This document shows, one piece after another, positions 1 through 10,489 of a stretch of 42,341 bases of DNA (position 1 is its first letter; every line of letters starts with the position of its first letter). The DNA is from Myxococcota bacterium (GTDB lineage Bacteria; Myxococcota_A; Polyangia; Polyangiales; Sandaracinaceae): NCBI GenBank assembly GCA_036149055.1, contig JAYZQJ010000245.1, forward strand, positions 1 to 42,341, given 5' to 3'. The notes under the pieces were generated by a model. The model saw only the letters and a program-made list of their open reading frames with translations, ran no database searches and was not told where the DNA came from. The translations under genes were made by a program, and so were the position numbers.

Positions 1-127
1 GCGCTTGGACGGGCCGTCGATTCGCACGAAGCACTTGGCGGACGACATGGACTTGAACGACGATCAGGATGAAGCTGAGCGGCTCAGAGTTTCCGGAAAA
101 CGCGGCTCAGAGTTTCCGGAACCTACA
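1..127 (+). mobile_element. Right end of an IS21-family insertion sequence (istB 3' end plus terminal repeats)
   Basis: Two identical 20-bp direct repeats GCGGCTCAGAGTTTCCGGAA at 79-98 and 102-121 (23-bp period), then a terminus ...CCTACA at 127 (5'-TGT on the - strand). The + frame reads LDGPSIRTKH, like the IstB C-terminal LxGxSxR motif. It abuts and truncates the 123..764 gene. Confidence 0.75.
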
Positions 128-764
128 GGTCCCATCCGACTCGAGCATGTTTCACGAGTTGGCGAACCCTCGAGCTTCGGAGACGGATGAAAGGAAACCA
201 CCCAGCGTCCATCAGAGCCGTCCAGTCGTCCTCGTCTAGGTCTAGGCGATCGTGGAAGGACAATCGGGTCCACAGCGCAGCCAAGTCCCGCTCGGCAGAC
301 CGTTCACGCAGGTGCGTGCCGGGTCCAAGCGGCGAGAAGTCATACGCCACGCCTCGACGCCAGCCCTGAGATAGGAGAACGAGATAGCCGACGTCTCGTG
401 GAATCTCCAGCTCGTCGAAGTCCACGCGAAGCGCGTCGGCGATACTCTCGAACAGAACCTGATCCCCCTCAGCCACGTCGTGCTTCGCCGCCACCCGCAC
501 CCGCATCCCCGGCTCGTTGATGTAGGCGTCCATCCGCTTGTCGCGGTGAAAGAGGAGCACCATGTGGCTGATCGTCGACTCCCGCGGCGGTTGCGGAAGG
601 CGACCGAGCCAGCAACGCGAGACCTCGTCAAGTAGCATCGCGAACGCCTCCCCATCCGCAGAGGTCGCAAGACTGCGAGTGGCTACCGGAATCTCGCCAC
701 CTCCACGTGCCGCGCCGATAGAGAAACCCGCCGGTAGATTCGGAAGTATGATGGTCGTCCGCAT
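123..764 (-). pseudogene. Hypothetical accessory protein, 3'-truncated by the IS21 insertion
   Basis: Globular-looking ORF (MRTTIILPNLPAGFS...WFPFIRL...GWDL) with atypical codon usage. Its TAG stop (123-125) lies inside the IS end. Start could also be 812. Confidence 0.7.
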
Positions 765-1186
765 GCCCCTAGCACTAGCATGCAGCGTGCCAACCGCGGA
801 ACTCGCCTCCACAGTGGCCGATGCCGCTGGTCCCTATAACCTGAGATAAATAAGTATCTGATTGGCTAGAATCGGAGCGCTCCCACCGCATCGGCCGCTG
901 GCGACCGTCCCGTTGACCCAGCCTCGGCCCGCAGCAGCCCCGCGAACGATGCCAGCTCGCAGCTCGGCGTCGCCTCCACCGAACGTTCGGTGCAGTTTCG
1001 ACGACCTCGCAGCCTACGCCCTTCACCTCACGGTCAGTGCAGGACAGCATCCGTTCCGGACCCCTAGGTCACTGGGGACTGGCGGCTCGGCCATGCCGAC
1101 CACCTGTGGCCCCTCGGTCGACGCAGTTGCCTGGCGAGTACAGATCTCCGGGGCTCGTGAGAGCCGCTCCCGGTGCGACGAGCCCC

Positions 1187-1918
1187 CTACCCGTAGAGAT
1201 CGATGAGCGCGCCGCGCTCGAAGAGATAGATGCCGGAGATCTCGCAGTAGGGCTCCGCCTGTCGCCAGGGCAGGTCCGCGCCGTCGATCTGCGCGCGGAG
1301 CGCCCCGAGGGACTCGAGGTCCACGACCCCGCCCTCGAATCGCTCACGCAGCGACCTCCCGTCGTAGGCCAACGCGACGGTGCCCACGAAGGAGCGTGAC
1401 TGGGCCGGGTCGGTCGGGTCCCAGTCGCCGAGCTCGGCGGGGGTCAGCCCGCACGAGGGGAGCGTGTCGCTCGGGTCGACCGTGGCGTCCCCGTCTCGCA
1501 CCTCGACGATGGCGCAGTCGCCCGTCGGCAGGAGGGAGTCGCCGTCTCGTTCGCGGTGCAGGAACACCGCGACCGGCGCGCCGCCCGCCATGCCCGCGCC
1601 GAAGGTGCAGAGGTGCATCGCCGGCACGCCTGCCCTCGAGGGCCACCGGGACGCGTCCACGCCCACCGGCGCGCCGCCGACGCGCGCGACGGTCTGGACC
1701 TCTCCGCCCACCGCGAGCTTCGTCCAGGCGTCACTACGGATGCGCTCGGCCACCTCTCTTCGCCAGGCCTCCCGCTTCTCGGCGAGCGCAGCGGCGCGCT
1801 GCGCTCGGGCGCGCGCCTCGGCCGCCTCGCACTCGGGGCACAGCGTCGCGTCTTTGCGCTTGGCGGACGAGAACCAGCTGAAGCACCGCGCGCAGCGCCG
1901 CTTGCCGAAGAGGTTCAT
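1187..1918 (-). CDS. Hypothetical protein with N-terminal CxxC...CxxC zinc ribbon and coiled coil
   Basis: MNLFGKRRCARC...LCPEC, host-like codon usage. Start 1918 is supported by the remnant copy at 16258-16294, where the same ATG overlaps the AraC stop (ATGA). Confidence 0.75.
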   Translation of the reverse strand: MNLFGKRRCARCFSWFSSAKRKDATLCPECEAAEARARAQRAAALAEKREAWRREVAERIRSDAWTKLAVGGEVQTVARVGGAPVGVDASRWPSRAGVPAMHLCTFGAGMAGGAPVAVFLHRERDGDSLLPTGDCAIVEVRDGDATVDPSDTLPSCGLTPAELGDWDPTDPAQSRSFVGTVALAYDGRSLRERFEGGVVDLESLGALRAQIDGADLPWRQAEPYCEISGIYLFERGALIDLYG

Positions 1919-1987
1919 GCGCCCGGGTATATCAAGGCTTGCCCGGGGTGAGCGCTTCCGCGCCCGGTCGATGAGCCGGACGCGCCT

Positions 1988-2002
1988 ATACCCAGGCCGC
2001 AT
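1988..2002. promoter_or_regulatory. Putative LysR box upstream of the LysR gene
   Basis: ATAC-N7-GCAT (contains T-N11-A), 20 bp before the LysR GTG; resembles the box at 2924-2938. Confidence 0.45.
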
Positions 2003-2022
2003 CAGTCGGTACGCTGGCTGGC

Positions 2023-2916
2023 GTGGAGTCGAAGGACCTCGGCGACCTCTACGCGTTTCTGGTGGTGGCGACCGAGGGCAGCTTCACTCGAGCGGCGGCG
2101 AAGATCGGGACGAGCCAGTCGTCGCTGAGTCGCACGGTCCGCAAGCTCGAGGCGCGGCTCGGGATCCGGTTGCTCAACCGCACCACCCGCCACGTCGCCC
2201 CGACCGCCGCGGGAGAGCGGCTGCTCCGCACCCTCGGACCGGCCGTCGCGAGCATCGGGGAGGAGCTCGAGGTCGTGCGCGGGCTCGCCGAGGAGCCCGC
2301 CGGCACCATCCGCATCACCACCTCGCGACACGCCGCGCAGACGGTGCTCTGGCCCGTACTCCAGGGCTTCTTGCGCCGCTACCCGGAGGTCCACGTCGAG
2401 CTCGCGATCGACTCGCGCTTCACCGACATCGTCGCGGAGCGATTCGACGCCGGGGTCCGGCTCGGCGAGGCGCTCGCCCAGGACATGGTCGCGGTCCGCA
2501 TCGGGCCGGACCTGCGGATGGCGGTCGTGGGCGCCCCCGCCTACTTCGAGGAGCATGGCGTGCCCAAGCGGCCTCGGGACCTCGCGGCGCACCGCTGCAT
2601 CAACCTCCGCTTCCGAACCACCGGCGGGCTCTACGTCTGGGAGCTCCAGCGAGGCGACCGGGAGCTCCACGTGCGGGTGAACGGACAAGTGACCTTCGAC
2701 GACATCGACATGGTCCGACGAGCGGCGGTCGACGGCTTCGGGCTCGGCTTCCTGATGCGGGATCACGTCGCGGCGCAGGTGGACGCGGGTGAGCTCGTGA
2801 CGGTGCTCGACGACTGGTGCCCTCCGTTCGTGGGCTACCACCTCTACTATCCGAGCCGTCGCCAGCCCTCGGCCGCGTTCAAGCTCCTCGTCGACGAGCT
2901 CCGCTACCAGGGCTAG
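2023..2916 (+). CDS. LysR-family transcriptional regulator (CrgA/PgrR-like)
   Basis: N-terminal HTH GSFTRAAAKIGTSQSSLSRTVRKLEARLGIRLLNRTTR; substrate-binding domain with FDAGVRLGE and YYPSRRQ; 297 aa. Confidence 0.95.
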   Translation: MESKDLGDLYAFLVVATEGSFTRAAAKIGTSQSSLSRTVRKLEARLGIRLLNRTTRHVAPTAAGERLLRTLGPAVASIGEELEVVRGLAEEPAGTIRITTSRHAAQTVLWPVLQGFLRRYPEVHVELAIDSRFTDIVAERFDAGVRLGEALAQDMVAVRIGPDLRMAVVGAPAYFEEHGVPKRPRDLAAHRCINLRFRTTGGLYVWELQRGDRELHVRVNGQVTFDDIDMVRRAAVDGFGLGFLMRDHVAAQVDAGELVTVLDDWCPPFVGYHLYYPSRRQPSAAFKLLVDELRYQG

Positions 2917-2923
2917 CCGATTG

Positions 2924-2938
2924 ATGCGCCTGGGGCAT
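2924..2938. promoter_or_regulatory. Putative LysR-binding dyad upstream of the ADH-AKR operon
   Basis: ATGC-N7-GCAT dyad (T-N11-A) about 80 bp upstream of the ADH ATG. Confidence 0.55.
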
Positions 2939-3017
2939 GGGCCTTGCCCGGATTCAGGGCCTAACCCGCGAGGTCGTCGGCACCTAGGGTCTCCCTCGAA
3001 GCGAGAGGAGACACGCC

Positions 3018-5013
<1,996 letters not shown>

Positions 5014-5044
5014 CGCGATCGTTCCCTTCTGACGAGCGAGCCGG

Positions 5045-5312
5045 TCAGCGGCCAGCGGCGGTCAAGCTGGCGCGGTACGCGGTGGGCGTCGTGTCGTGCC
5101 AGCGGCGGAAGGCGCGGTGGAACGAGGGCTGCTCCGTGTACCCGAGCAGGTACGCGATCTTGCTCAGCGACAGCTCGGGGCGGGCGAGGTACGCTCGGCC
5201 AGGTCGCGGCGGGTGGTGTCGACGCCGTGGCGCGCGAGGCGGCGCTGTTGGGTGCGCTGCCCGAGGCCGAGCTGCCTGGCGATCCCGCCCGCGGTCACCG
5301 TGCCCAGGCACG
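5045..5312 (-). pseudogene. Diverged partial copy of the 3' end (HTH) of the AraC gene at 16290..17309
   Basis: 5069-5312 aligns with 16311-16572 with scattered substitutions, an 18-nt deletion and a 1-nt deletion; encodes YLARPELSLSKIAYLLGYTEQPSFHRAFRRW. Confidence 0.9.
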
Positions 5313-5327
5313 GCGAGGTCGAGTTGG

Positions 5328-6302
5328 TCAGGTCTCTGAATCCAGGAGCGCCCCTTCGGGCCTCTCGACAATGCGACGAGCCCAGCGCCGGGTGAGGGGG
5401 ACGCCGAGCTCAAGGTCGAGGATCTCCCGGGCCGCCTCCGCCGCTCCTTGGTGGTCGCCCATCACCACCCGCCCGAGCGGTCGCAGGAGCAGCTCCGGGA
5501 CCGTGTCGTCGTCGGACCGCTCGCTCGCCGCCAGCTCCGACAGCCGGTCCGGCACCTCGCCCGCGTCGTCCGTGGTCAACGCTCGAGTCACGAAGGTCGC
5601 CAGCGAGAGGCCGTCGACGGATCGAGCCGCGGCGTCCGACAGGCGCGGGAGCTCCACGGCGGGGACGGCGAAGTCCTCACCCAGGAGCGGGCCGCACCGA
5701 GACATGAAGTAGGGGTAGCGACGCGCGAAGCCGGCGACCTGCTCCCGAAACGACTCACGGGTCAACGTGCCCTCGTCGATCCTCAGGCGCTCAGTTTGAA
5801 GGAACCGATGCTCTGATTCGGCCTCGCGATGCTGATCGAGGTGGGTGAAGACGACTCCCAAGAACTCGGTGGGCTCGTCATCGTCGTCCAGCTGCGCGAG
5901 GATGACGCTCTCGTCGGAATCCGGATTCACGTCTACGTAGTAGCGCACCCGTTCCTCGCGGCGTATGAGGCCTGACTTCCCGAATCCGACGCCATCCTCG
6001 TAGGCATAGAACCCCGACCACTGTGCAGCCAACTTGAGCCTGGACTGAGAGATCCCCTCGAGAACGTACGGACACTCTTCGTCAGTCTGCAGCAGATCGT
6101 CCCACCACACGCTTCTCATGAATTCCTCGACGAGAAGATCGTGAACCGAGTCACCTGGGTAGAGACGAACATACGAGAGGTTTAACCGAAGCCGCCGCAA
6201 ACACCCCTGCATCGACACCCTTGGGTATCCGAAAGCGGAGACAACTTGGTCTAGCAGAGCTTCCGTCTCATCCGACTGCAACTGTCTGGCAAGCTTACCC
6301 AT
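5328..6302 (-). CDS. Putative cognate immunity protein of the Rhs toxin (family not recognised)
   Basis: ATG overlaps the Rhs stop (TGATG at 6300-6304); acidic protein; AT-richer than host genes; canonical immunity position. Confidence 0.65.
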   Translation of the reverse strand: MGKLARQLQSDETEALLDQVVSAFGYPRVSMQGCLRRLRLNLSYVRLYPGDSVHDLLVEEFMRSVWWDDLLQTDEECPYVLEGISQSRLKLAAQWSGFYAYEDGVGFGKSGLIRREERVRYYVDVNPDSDESVILAQLDDDDEPTEFLGVVFTHLDQHREAESEHRFLQTERLRIDEGTLTRESFREQVAGFARRYPYFMSRCGPLLGEDFAVPAVELPRLSDAAARSVDGLSLATFVTRALTTDDAGEVPDRLSELAASERSDDDTVPELLLRPLGRVVMGDHQGAAEAAREILDLELGVPLTRRWARRIVERPEGALLDSET

Positions 6303-9300
6303 CAGCACCCTCCTCGCCGTCGGGCACGCATCTCCTCCGCCTCTGCCTGCAGCCGCGGCAAACTCTCTGCGTACTCCGTCGCGGCTTGTGTCAATCTAGC
6401 CATGTGCTTCCTCGCCCTTGTTCTGGCTTGGCGTGCCGACAACCCTCTGCGTTCACGAAGCCAGCGAGCCAAGATCGGTTCTCGAATCTCTGCGTTCTCG
6501 GCGATGTTATCCAAGGCCGATTGCCCCCGTACGTACGCCGGATCGTGGAGCTGGCTCTCGGCCTGAGCGGCGCTGAACTGACGGTGCAATACGGGGTCGA
6601 CCGCTATGGCGGGATTTCGAGCACCGACGTACTGACTTCGGCTCCCGTAGCCGTGCTCCCTGAGCCACACACTTCCTAGCAGCTCGTCCGCGTCGAGCTT
6701 GTCCCCAGTGTGGCCGGAGTCGCCATAGGGTGCGACCTCGAACTCATCGAAGAGCCCGAACGGGTCCGTGCCCACCAGCGGGTCCGCGACGTAGGCGTAG
6801 AATCGGAGGCCCCCGGCGAGCCCCAATGGGTCGGGTGACAGGTAGCTTCCCACCTCCGGGTCGTAGTAGCGCCAGCGGTTGTAGTAGAGCCCGGTCTCCT
6901 CGTCCTCGTACTGTCCCGGCCACCGCCATGGGCAATCGGCAGTGGAGCCCAGCGTGAAGGAGGCTCGCCCGTAGATGTCGAGGGACATCTGCACGACGCG
7001 CTCCCCGCGCTCGTCGTAGAGGTCCGTGGGGACACCGAGGTGATCGACCACCACGGAGAGCACTTCGGTTCCATCGTCGACCGCGATGGGGCAAGCGACC
7101 TCCGGGTCGTAGTGCCAGGTCCTGGTGCGCCCTCCTACCTCGATTTCATGCAGAAGGTCATCGCCGTCCCAGACGAACCTGGTCTCGGCCACCACGGCCG
7201 CGTCCGGCCCGGCCGACTCGACGAGCTTTCTCGTTCGACGGCCGAATGCGTCGTACGAGAACTTCACCGTGGATCCGTCCGGACGGCGGACCGCCGCGAG
7301 GAGCGGGCCGCACCACTCGTACGACCAATGACTCCCGTCCGCATCCACTCGGCGAACGCGGCGCCCCTCCTCGTCGTACGCGAAGGACGACTCTCGGCTC
7401 TCGAGGAGCCTGCCTCCCGAGTCGTAGCGCCGGCCGTCCTGGCTTTCGTCGGCGTAGACGTTGTCGACCGCGTCGACCAAGCGCAGCAACCGTTGTCCTC
7501 CGGCGGCGGAGCTCACCAGCCGCCCGCGCGCTTCGTGCTCGTAGCGCGTAGGTCCGGTTTCGGCGTCGATGATCGCCCCGAGCCTTCGAAGCCCGTCCCA
7601 CCGGTAGCTTCGCGCGTCGACGACGACGTCGGCCTGCGAAGGTCCGGCGTCGCTGCCCCGTGCGCGTGTCGTCAGCCTCTCGGTGAGTCGACCACGCGCG
7701 TCGTGTTCGCAACGGACGGATATTCCACCCGGCAGGCTGCGAGTCTCGACTTTGCCGAGACGGTCCCGATCGACGACCTGTCGTTGTCCTGCGGGCTCGC
7801 CCGCCCCGGCGTACTCGACGGCGGCGACTCGGCCCCCCTCGTCGCGGAGAACGCGAGTGAATGCGCCCAGGTCGCTCTGAACGGCGACCCGCGGTGCGCC
7901 GATTCCGAAGCTCGACCGGACCCAGGTCTCCCCTCCGTCTTGGCTCTCGGCGAGGACCCGCCCGAGGGCGTCACGTTCGAGCACGATGTCCGCGGAGCCG
8001 TTCAGAGCTCGTGTGATACGCCCGGCAGCGTCGTACTCGTAGTGGACCAGGCTACCGTCCTCGGTGGACTGAATGCGGTCCGGACCGACGCTCGTGTATC
8101 GACCCGAGGGTGACCGGACCTCGGTGACCTCTCCATCGCGGTCTCGCGCGTAGCTCCACTTCGCTCCGTCGAACCCGACCTCCTCCACCACCCGCCCCGC
8201 CCGGTCGCGGCGGAGTGCGAAGCGCTCCCCCGCCTCGTTCGCCACGGCGATGAGCCGCCCCTCCGTGTCGTACCCTGCGTCCACCGCACGGCCTGCCTCC
8301 TGATACCGCACGAGCCTCCGGAGGCCCGCGTAGGTGTAGGCTGCATCTCGGCCTCCAACCTGACTCCGAACGACGCAGCCCTCTGCATCGTAGTCGAAGC
8401 GCGACACCTCGAAGGGCCCCTCGACCACGCGCGTCCGGCCCTCTGTGTCCCACTCGACGCTCGTCTGGTTCGACGGATCCGTGGACACCGAGACGACGTT
8501 CCCGAGTCTGTCGCGTCGAACAAGCTTCAGCGGTACCCCGTCGCGCTCGAGCGCAGCTGGGCACCGCCACTCGTCGTACCGAATGTCCGTTCGGACGCCG
8601 CCCAGGGTCGCGAGGGAGCGCAGCAGCCCCGACTCCCACGTCAGCTCCGTGATCGTTCCATCCGGGCTCTGCCTCTCGACGACGTTCCCTACGCCGTCGT
8701 AGCGAAAGATGGACTTCTCGCCGAGCGGTCCTTCGATGCTCGCCGGGCGATCGAGGTCATCGACCCAGAGGACGGCGGTGCGCCCTCCATCGGGGGCCTG
8801 GAAGGAGGTGAGTCGGGCTCGACTGTCGTACTGCCAACGGCTGACTGCTCCTTCCGGCGTGGCAACGGCGGCGACACGCCCCGAAGCTGAATCGTATTCG
8901 TAGGTCGTCGTCCCCCCGAGAGCATCGGTATCAGCGACGACTTGGCCGGCAGTGTCGAGCTGATAGGTGCGGACACCTCCCAAGGAGTCCTCCACGACAG
9001 TCCGCATGTTGGCGATGTCGTAAGTGATCACATGGTCGAAGATCCCGTTGTCACCCCAAGTGCGAATGCACCTGGCGCCGCTTCCATGGCCGTCGTACTG
9101 GAAGTAGAAGGACAGCCCGTTGCGGTCGGTCTCGCGAACCAGCAACTTCGACGCGTACTCGAAGCTCCAGCTCTCGCCCAGCGAGTCGGTCGCCTCGACC
9201 AGTAGGTCGCCGTCGTACCGAAACCGCCGATGAACGTACGTCCCGGTGCCTCGAGGGGAAGGCACCGCCACCGCCACCAGGCGTCGTTCGTGGTCGTGCG

Positions 9301-10489
9301 TGAAGACGAGGTCTCGCCCCCCGGAGTCGCGGACTCGCGAGAGCAGACCGTCCCGGTCGTAGTGAACATCGATGGTATTGCCGTTCCGATCACGTCGTCG
9401 GACGAGCCGCGCCACTCCTGACGTGTCACCCGCAACGGGTCGAAACTCGCGGGTAACACCATCCAGAGTTCGAACAGACCATGCTCCATGCTCTCCGCGG
9501 CGGAGCGTCAGCTGTTCGAAGGGCAGGAACATTTCCTCCCCCGAGCGCAGCGTGCGACCGTCGCGCTCGTGCAGATGAAACTCGACCTCGCGACCGTCCT
9601 CGGCGCGATAGACGACTTTCCCCCTCTCGGTCCAAACGGCCTCCTCGAGGCTGTGCGCCCAGCCATAGCCCAGAGCGCCCCGCCGCCAGCTGAGGGAGGA
9701 ATCGTAGTAACGCTCGAATCGCAGGGGCAGTGGTCCAGGGAGAACCAGGTCCGTGAAATCGGTGAGAACTCTTCCCGTGGCGACGTCCACGGGGTGGCCG
9801 GTCAGGAAGCACAGGCCCCGCTTGATTCGCGCTCGCACCCTTCGTGGCGCGATGTTGTCCACCCAGCGCTGCAGCCGCTGCGCGACGCGAGTCCACCGCG
9901 GGCTCGCGCGCTGCATTCGGCGCAGAGCGCGCATGAGCCGTGCACCCCGACGCACGAGCCCTCGGAGCGCGGCCATCCCCGCGCGCATCGCGATGGCCAT
10001 CGCGATGGCCATCAGGTCGGGCACCGGCGGCCGAAGAATGACGACCGGGCATCCTTTCGGCACGGCCATCACGACGCTCGTCGGCAGCCGGATCGGGTCA
10101 CCGCACGAAAGAGCCGCTTCGCCGAACCGGACGGCGAGGGTGCCGGCCAGGCTGACGTCGAGCGCACCGAAGTACAGCTGGGCGTCGTTGCCCGGCAGTC
10201 CGGTGGCGAAGGCAACGCCAGGAGCCGGCAGGTGCGGGCACGTCATGAGGTTGGTTACCTCGGTGCCGCAGTTCGTCGCGGGCAGGTTGTTGATGAGGAC
10301 GATGCCGGGGCCGCCTCCGAGCGCCATCCCGATCCCGGCCCCGACCAGCAGACCGAGGGGATCGAACACCAAGCCCACGAAGGGGAGAGGGACCGGGGTC
10401 GGAATCGGGCTCGGCGACGGCGGGGCCGGCACCAGCACAATGTGAGTGTCTATCCCGAGGACCGGGTCGAAGAAGGTCGACGCGAGCAT
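6302..10489 (-). CDS. rhs: PAAR-like/Rhs (YD-repeat) polymorphic toxin, T6SS-associated
   Basis: N-terminal DPVLGIDTH/PAAR-like region, GHPVDVATG linker domain, many YD repeats, core PWRWPGQYEDEETGLYYNRWRYYDP...DPLGLAGG...DPFGL, then a 149-aa variable C-terminus (6305-6751). Confidence 0.95.
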   Translation of the reverse strand: MLASTFFDPVLGIDTHIVLVPAPPSPSPIPTPVPLPFVGLVFDPLGLLVGAGIGMALGGGPGIVLINNLPATNCGTEVTNLMTCPHLPAPGVAFATGLPGNDAQLYFGALDVSLAGTLAVRFGEAALSCGDPIRLPTSVVMAVPKGCPVVILRPPVPDLMAIAMAIAMRAGMAALRGLVRRGARLMRALRRMQRASPRWTRVAQRLQRWVDNIAPRRVRARIKRGLCFLTGHPVDVATGRVLTDFTDLVLPGPLPLRFERYYDSSLSWRRGALGYGWAHSLEEAVWTERGKVVYRAEDGREVEFHLHERDGRTLRSGEEMFLPFEQLTLRRGEHGAWSVRTLDGVTREFRPVAGDTSGVARLVRRRDRNGNTIDVHYDRDGLLSRVRDSGGRDLVFTHDHERRLVAVAVPSPRGTGTYVHRRFRYDGDLLVEATDSLGESWSFEYASKLLVRETDRNGLSFYFQYDGHGSGARCIRTWGDNGIFDHVITYDIANMRTVVEDSLGGVRTYQLDTAGQVVADTDALGGTTTYEYDSASGRVAAVATPEGAVSRWQYDSRARLTSFQAPDGGRTAVLWVDDLDRPASIEGPLGEKSIFRYDGVGNVVERQSPDGTITELTWESGLLRSLATLGGVRTDIRYDEWRCPAALERDGVPLKLVRRDRLGNVVSVSTDPSNQTSVEWDTEGRTRVVEGPFEVSRFDYDAEGCVVRSQVGGRDAAYTYAGLRRLVRYQEAGRAVDAGYDTEGRLIAVANEAGERFALRRDRAGRVVEEVGFDGAKWSYARDRDGEVTEVRSPSGRYTSVGPDRIQSTEDGSLVHYEYDAAGRITRALNGSADIVLERDALGRVLAESQDGGETWVRSSFGIGAPRVAVQSDLGAFTRVLRDEGGRVAAVEYAGAGEPAGQRQVVDRDRLGKVETRSLPGGISVRCEHDARGRLTERLTTRARGSDAGPSQADVVVDARSYRWDGLRRLGAIIDAETGPTRYEHEARGRLVSSAAGGQRLLRLVDAVDNVYADESQDGRRYDSGGRLLESRESSFAYDEEGRRVRRVDADGSHWSYEWCGPLLAAVRRPDGSTVKFSYDAFGRRTRKLVESAGPDAAVVAETRFVWDGDDLLHEIEVGGRTRTWHYDPEVACPIAVDDGTEVLSVVVDHLGVPTDLYDERGERVVQMSLDIYGRASFTLGSTADCPWRWPGQYEDEETGLYYNRWRYYDPEVGSYLSPDPLGLAGGLRFYAYVADPLVGTDPFGLFDEFEVAPYGDSGHTGDKLDADELLGSVWLREHGYGSRSQYVGARNPAIAVDPVLHRQFSAAQAESQLHDPAYVRGQSALDNIAENAEIREPILARWLRERRGLSARQARTRARKHMARLTQAATEYAESLPRLQAEAEEMRARRRGGC

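Noticed and set aside
844..859. AGATA-N6-TATCT dyad in an AT-rich patch as a dif or recombination site
   Set aside because: Does not match XerC/XerD arms; at most a promoter or operator, and too short to support.
5069..5312. Diversity-generating retroelement TR/VR pair (araC duplicate, also 28793-28980)
   Set aside because: Mismatches are not adenine-specific, the copies carry deletions, and no reverse transcriptase is present.
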